Source: Clostridia bacterium (lineage in GTDB: Bacteria > Bacillota > Clostridia > Oscillospirales > CAG-382). From it: a stretch of 46,916 bases of DNA. Of the stretch, positions 45,438-46,916 are shown piece after piece; positions within the stretch are counted from its first letter, which is position 1; each line of letters opens with the position of its first letter. The stretch covers positions 1 through 46,916 of the forward strand of contig CAAEPN010000130.1 in NCBI GenBank assembly GCA_900757905.1. Direction: 5' to 3'. The position numbers were made by a program, and so were the translations under genes. Under the pieces are notes generated by a model that ran no database searches, had not been told where the DNA came from, and saw nothing but the letters and a program-made list of their open reading frames with translations.

Positions 45438-45476
45438 ACCGTATCTTCCTACGGCAAAAACCATAGAAGATACGGT
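45438..45476 (-). terminator. terminator hairpin adjoining repeat copy 3
   Basis: 11-bp stem accgtatcttc/gaagatacggt with a 17-nt loop, followed on the minus strand by ttttctttt. Terminates the isomerase transcript after it has crossed the repeat. Confidence 0.6.
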
Positions 45477-45478
45477 CT

Positions 45479-45670
45479 GAGCGTGTCGCAAAACTACGTT
45501 TTACGACACGGAAACAGATTCGTGCGCTCGCGCCTCATGCCAAAAAGCTTCGCTTTTCGACACTCGCGAATCTATCGGTGAAAAATCCGTGGCACATGTC
45601 CCCGGATTTTTCAGATTTTTATTGGAATCGGGCTTTGCCCAAAAAGTCTATAAGACTTTCGCAACGGTCT
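45479..45670 (+). repeat. structured ~193-nt intergenic repeat, copy 3
   Basis: Full-length alignment with copies 1 and 2. It lies between the isomerase stop (45687) and its terminator. ACGGTCT occurs both just left of the element and at its right end. Confidence 0.9.
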
Positions 45671-45686
45671 ATTTACTTTTTAAGCA

Positions 45687-46661
45687 TTAAGCCCAGAACA
45701 TTCCGCCGGGCTTGGGTTCGGAAATAATGATGCGGCGAAGGAATGCAATCGCCTTTTCAAGGCCTTCCTTGCTGCTCATGAAGCTATCCTCATGTTCGAT
45801 ACTCATAACATGGTTATAGCCGGTAAGCTGAAGCATGGAGATCATATCCTTCCACTTCTTCTCATCCGTACCGTAGCCGAGCGCACGGAACACCCACGAG
45901 CGGTGGATCTCATCGCTGTAATGCTTGGTATCGAGAACGCCGTTGATTTCGGTATTGCGGCGGTTGACGCAGGTATCCTTTGCATGGAAATGGAACATAG
46001 CGCCGTTTTCGCCGATGTAGCGAATGGCTTCTACCGGGTCGATACCCTGCCAAATGAGGTGGGACGGATCGAAGTTTGCGCCGAGGCACGGGCCGACGGC
46101 ATTACGGAGCTTCATAAGGGTTTCGGGATTATAGACGCAGAAGCCGGGGTGCATTTCGAAAGCGATCTTATTAACGCCGTACTTTGCGGCATATTCGGAT
46201 TCTTTCTGCCAATACGGGATGAGCACGTCGTTCCACTGGTAATCGAGGATATGGAGAAAATCCTCCGGCCACGGGCAAGTAACCCAGTTCGGAGTCTTAT
46301 CTTCAGGCGAGCCGCCGGGGCAGCCGGAAAAAGTAATGACCATCGGAATTTCGAGTTCGTTTGCGAGAACGCAGGTACGTTCGAAATCTTCATGGAATTT
46401 TGCAGCGACCTCTTTATCGGGATGGACGGCGTTGCCATGGGTAGAAAGTGCAGAAATTTCGATATCGTACTTTTTAAAGAGATCCTTGAATGCCTTTAAT
46501 TTGCTCTTATCGGCGAGAAGCTCCTCGCGGTTGCAATGGCCTTGTCCGGGAAATCCGCCGGTACCGATCTCAACGGCTTCGACGCCGAGGCCCTTGACGT
46601 ATGCAAGCATATCTTCGAGGGAGCGGTCATAAAGCGGAACGGTGACTAATCCTACTTTCAT
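45687..46661 (-). CDS. sugar phosphate isomerase/epimerase (xylose-isomerase-like TIM barrel)
   Basis: ATG 46661 after AAAGGAAG (MKVGLVTVPLYDRSLEDML...). Motifs of the AP-endonuclease-2/TIM family: VEIGTGG, IAFEMHPG, NFDPSH, HFHAKD, SIEHED. The track ORF extends 240 nt upstream across a terminator. Confidence 0.8.
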   Translation of the reverse strand: MKVGLVTVPLYDRSLEDMLAYVKGLGVEAVEIGTGGFPGQGHCNREELLADKSKLKAFKDLFKKYDIEISALSTHGNAVHPDKEVAAKFHEDFERTCVLANELEIPMVITFSGCPGGSPEDKTPNWVTCPWPEDFLHILDYQWNDVLIPYWQKESEYAAKYGVNKIAFEMHPGFCVYNPETLMKLRNAVGPCLGANFDPSHLIWQGIDPVEAIRYIGENGAMFHFHAKDTCVNRRNTEINGVLDTKHYSDEIHRSWVFRALGYGTDEKKWKDMISMLQLTGYNHVMSIEHEDSFMSSKEGLEKAIAFLRRIIISEPKPGGMFWA

Positions 46662-46741
46662 GGGAATAACTTCCTTTCGTATTTTTTGGATAGAATTACT
46701 TCTACGGTTATTATACAATAAGTAAGCGGAAATTTCAAGTA

Positions 46742-46783
46742 CTTTTTCAGGGATTTTCGATTTTTCGAAAATCCCTGAAAAAG
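46742..46783. terminator. bidirectional terminator (19-bp perfect palindrome)
   Basis: ctttttcagggattttcga-tttt-tcgaaaatccctgaaaaag. Confidence 0.8.
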
Positions 46784-46785
46784 GA

Positions 46786-46916
46786 TCTAATTGGATTGTA
46801 CGAACCTCCATTGCCGCGAGCGGATTCGAGGTTTGCAAAACCTCGGAACTCCCTGCAAGGGAGGACGGGTTTATTCTTTTTGCTTCTGCAAAAAGAACCA
46901 AAAAGCAGCCGGGACT
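46786..46916 (+). other. unassigned structured region, truncated by the window edge
   Basis: Two hairpins capped by GCAA (GNRA) loops on the + strand: gaggttt-GCAA-aacctc and ctccct-GCAA-gggag. An upstream aacctc segment can pair alternatively with gaggtt. There is also a 10-bp AT-rich hairpin ttctttttgc-ttct-gcaaaaagaa. Confidence 0.3.

Noticed and set aside
46826-46850. tRNA-like anticodon arm (gaggt-TTTGCAA-acctc, would-be UGC anticodon) on the minus strand
   Set aside because: No acceptor stem, D-arm or GTTCRANYC T-loop can be built from the flanking sequence. On the + strand the loop reads as a GCAA tetraloop instead.
46786-46916. tmRNA or SRP RNA (GGATTCGA and AAGCAGCC strings)
   Set aside because: These are only short string similarities. 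The GGGG 5' end and tRNA-like domain of tmRNA, and the GGAA-loop domain IV context of SRP RNA, are absent.
1-46916. CRISPR arrays, rRNA/tRNA genes, transposases, integrases, prophage or recognisable defence-system genes
   Set aside because: None was found on either strand. The only dispersed repeats are the three ~193-nt elements and their bracket hairpins, and the only large internal repeats are the protein modules of the two surface-protein paralogs.

Overview
46.9-kb chromosomal window with Gram-positive, Clostridia-like signals: GGAGG-type RBSs, TTGACA/TATAAT promoters, hairpin+T-run terminators, a PyrR attenuator and a ydcC-like lipoprotein next to alr. I call about 37 protein genes, mostly housekeeping, transport and carbohydrate functions: CE2-like esterase, two MATE pumps, two AraC regulators, trmO, thuA-like, glf plus a GT2, alr, nnr, brnQ, pyrR-pyrP, queA, asnA, a Na/Pi-PhoU transporter with a PhoPR-like two-component pair, and a sugar-phosphate isomerase. 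Five things stand out. (1) A ~193-nt highly structured non-coding repeat occurs three times (32367-32560 inverted, 43282-43474, 45479-45670). Each copy sits in a gene 3' region, and two copies are bracketed by locus-specific pairs of inverted terminator hairpins, as if a bidirectional terminator had been split. (2) Two micro-ORFs absent from the ORF track (35 aa at 6503-6610, 41 aa at 32660-32785) share an MKK-Y-x-x-P-x-L...DIL-x-x-S N-terminus. One is a complete monocistronic unit; the other is coupled to a 971-aa secreted repeat protein. (3) Two large secreted modular proteins lie in tandem, each with its own consensus promoter, and the second is broken by two 1-nt deletions. (4) A self-contained operon encodes a D-aspartate-ligase-like ATP-grasp enzyme, an Asp racemase and a Lys-type MurE fused in frame to a full acetylglutamate-kinase (ArgB-like) domain. 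(5) A truncated structured region with two GCAA-capped hairpins lies at the right edge. No CRISPR array, rRNA, tRNA, transposase or recognisable defence gene was seen. All family assignments rest on motif recognition by eye, not on database searches.
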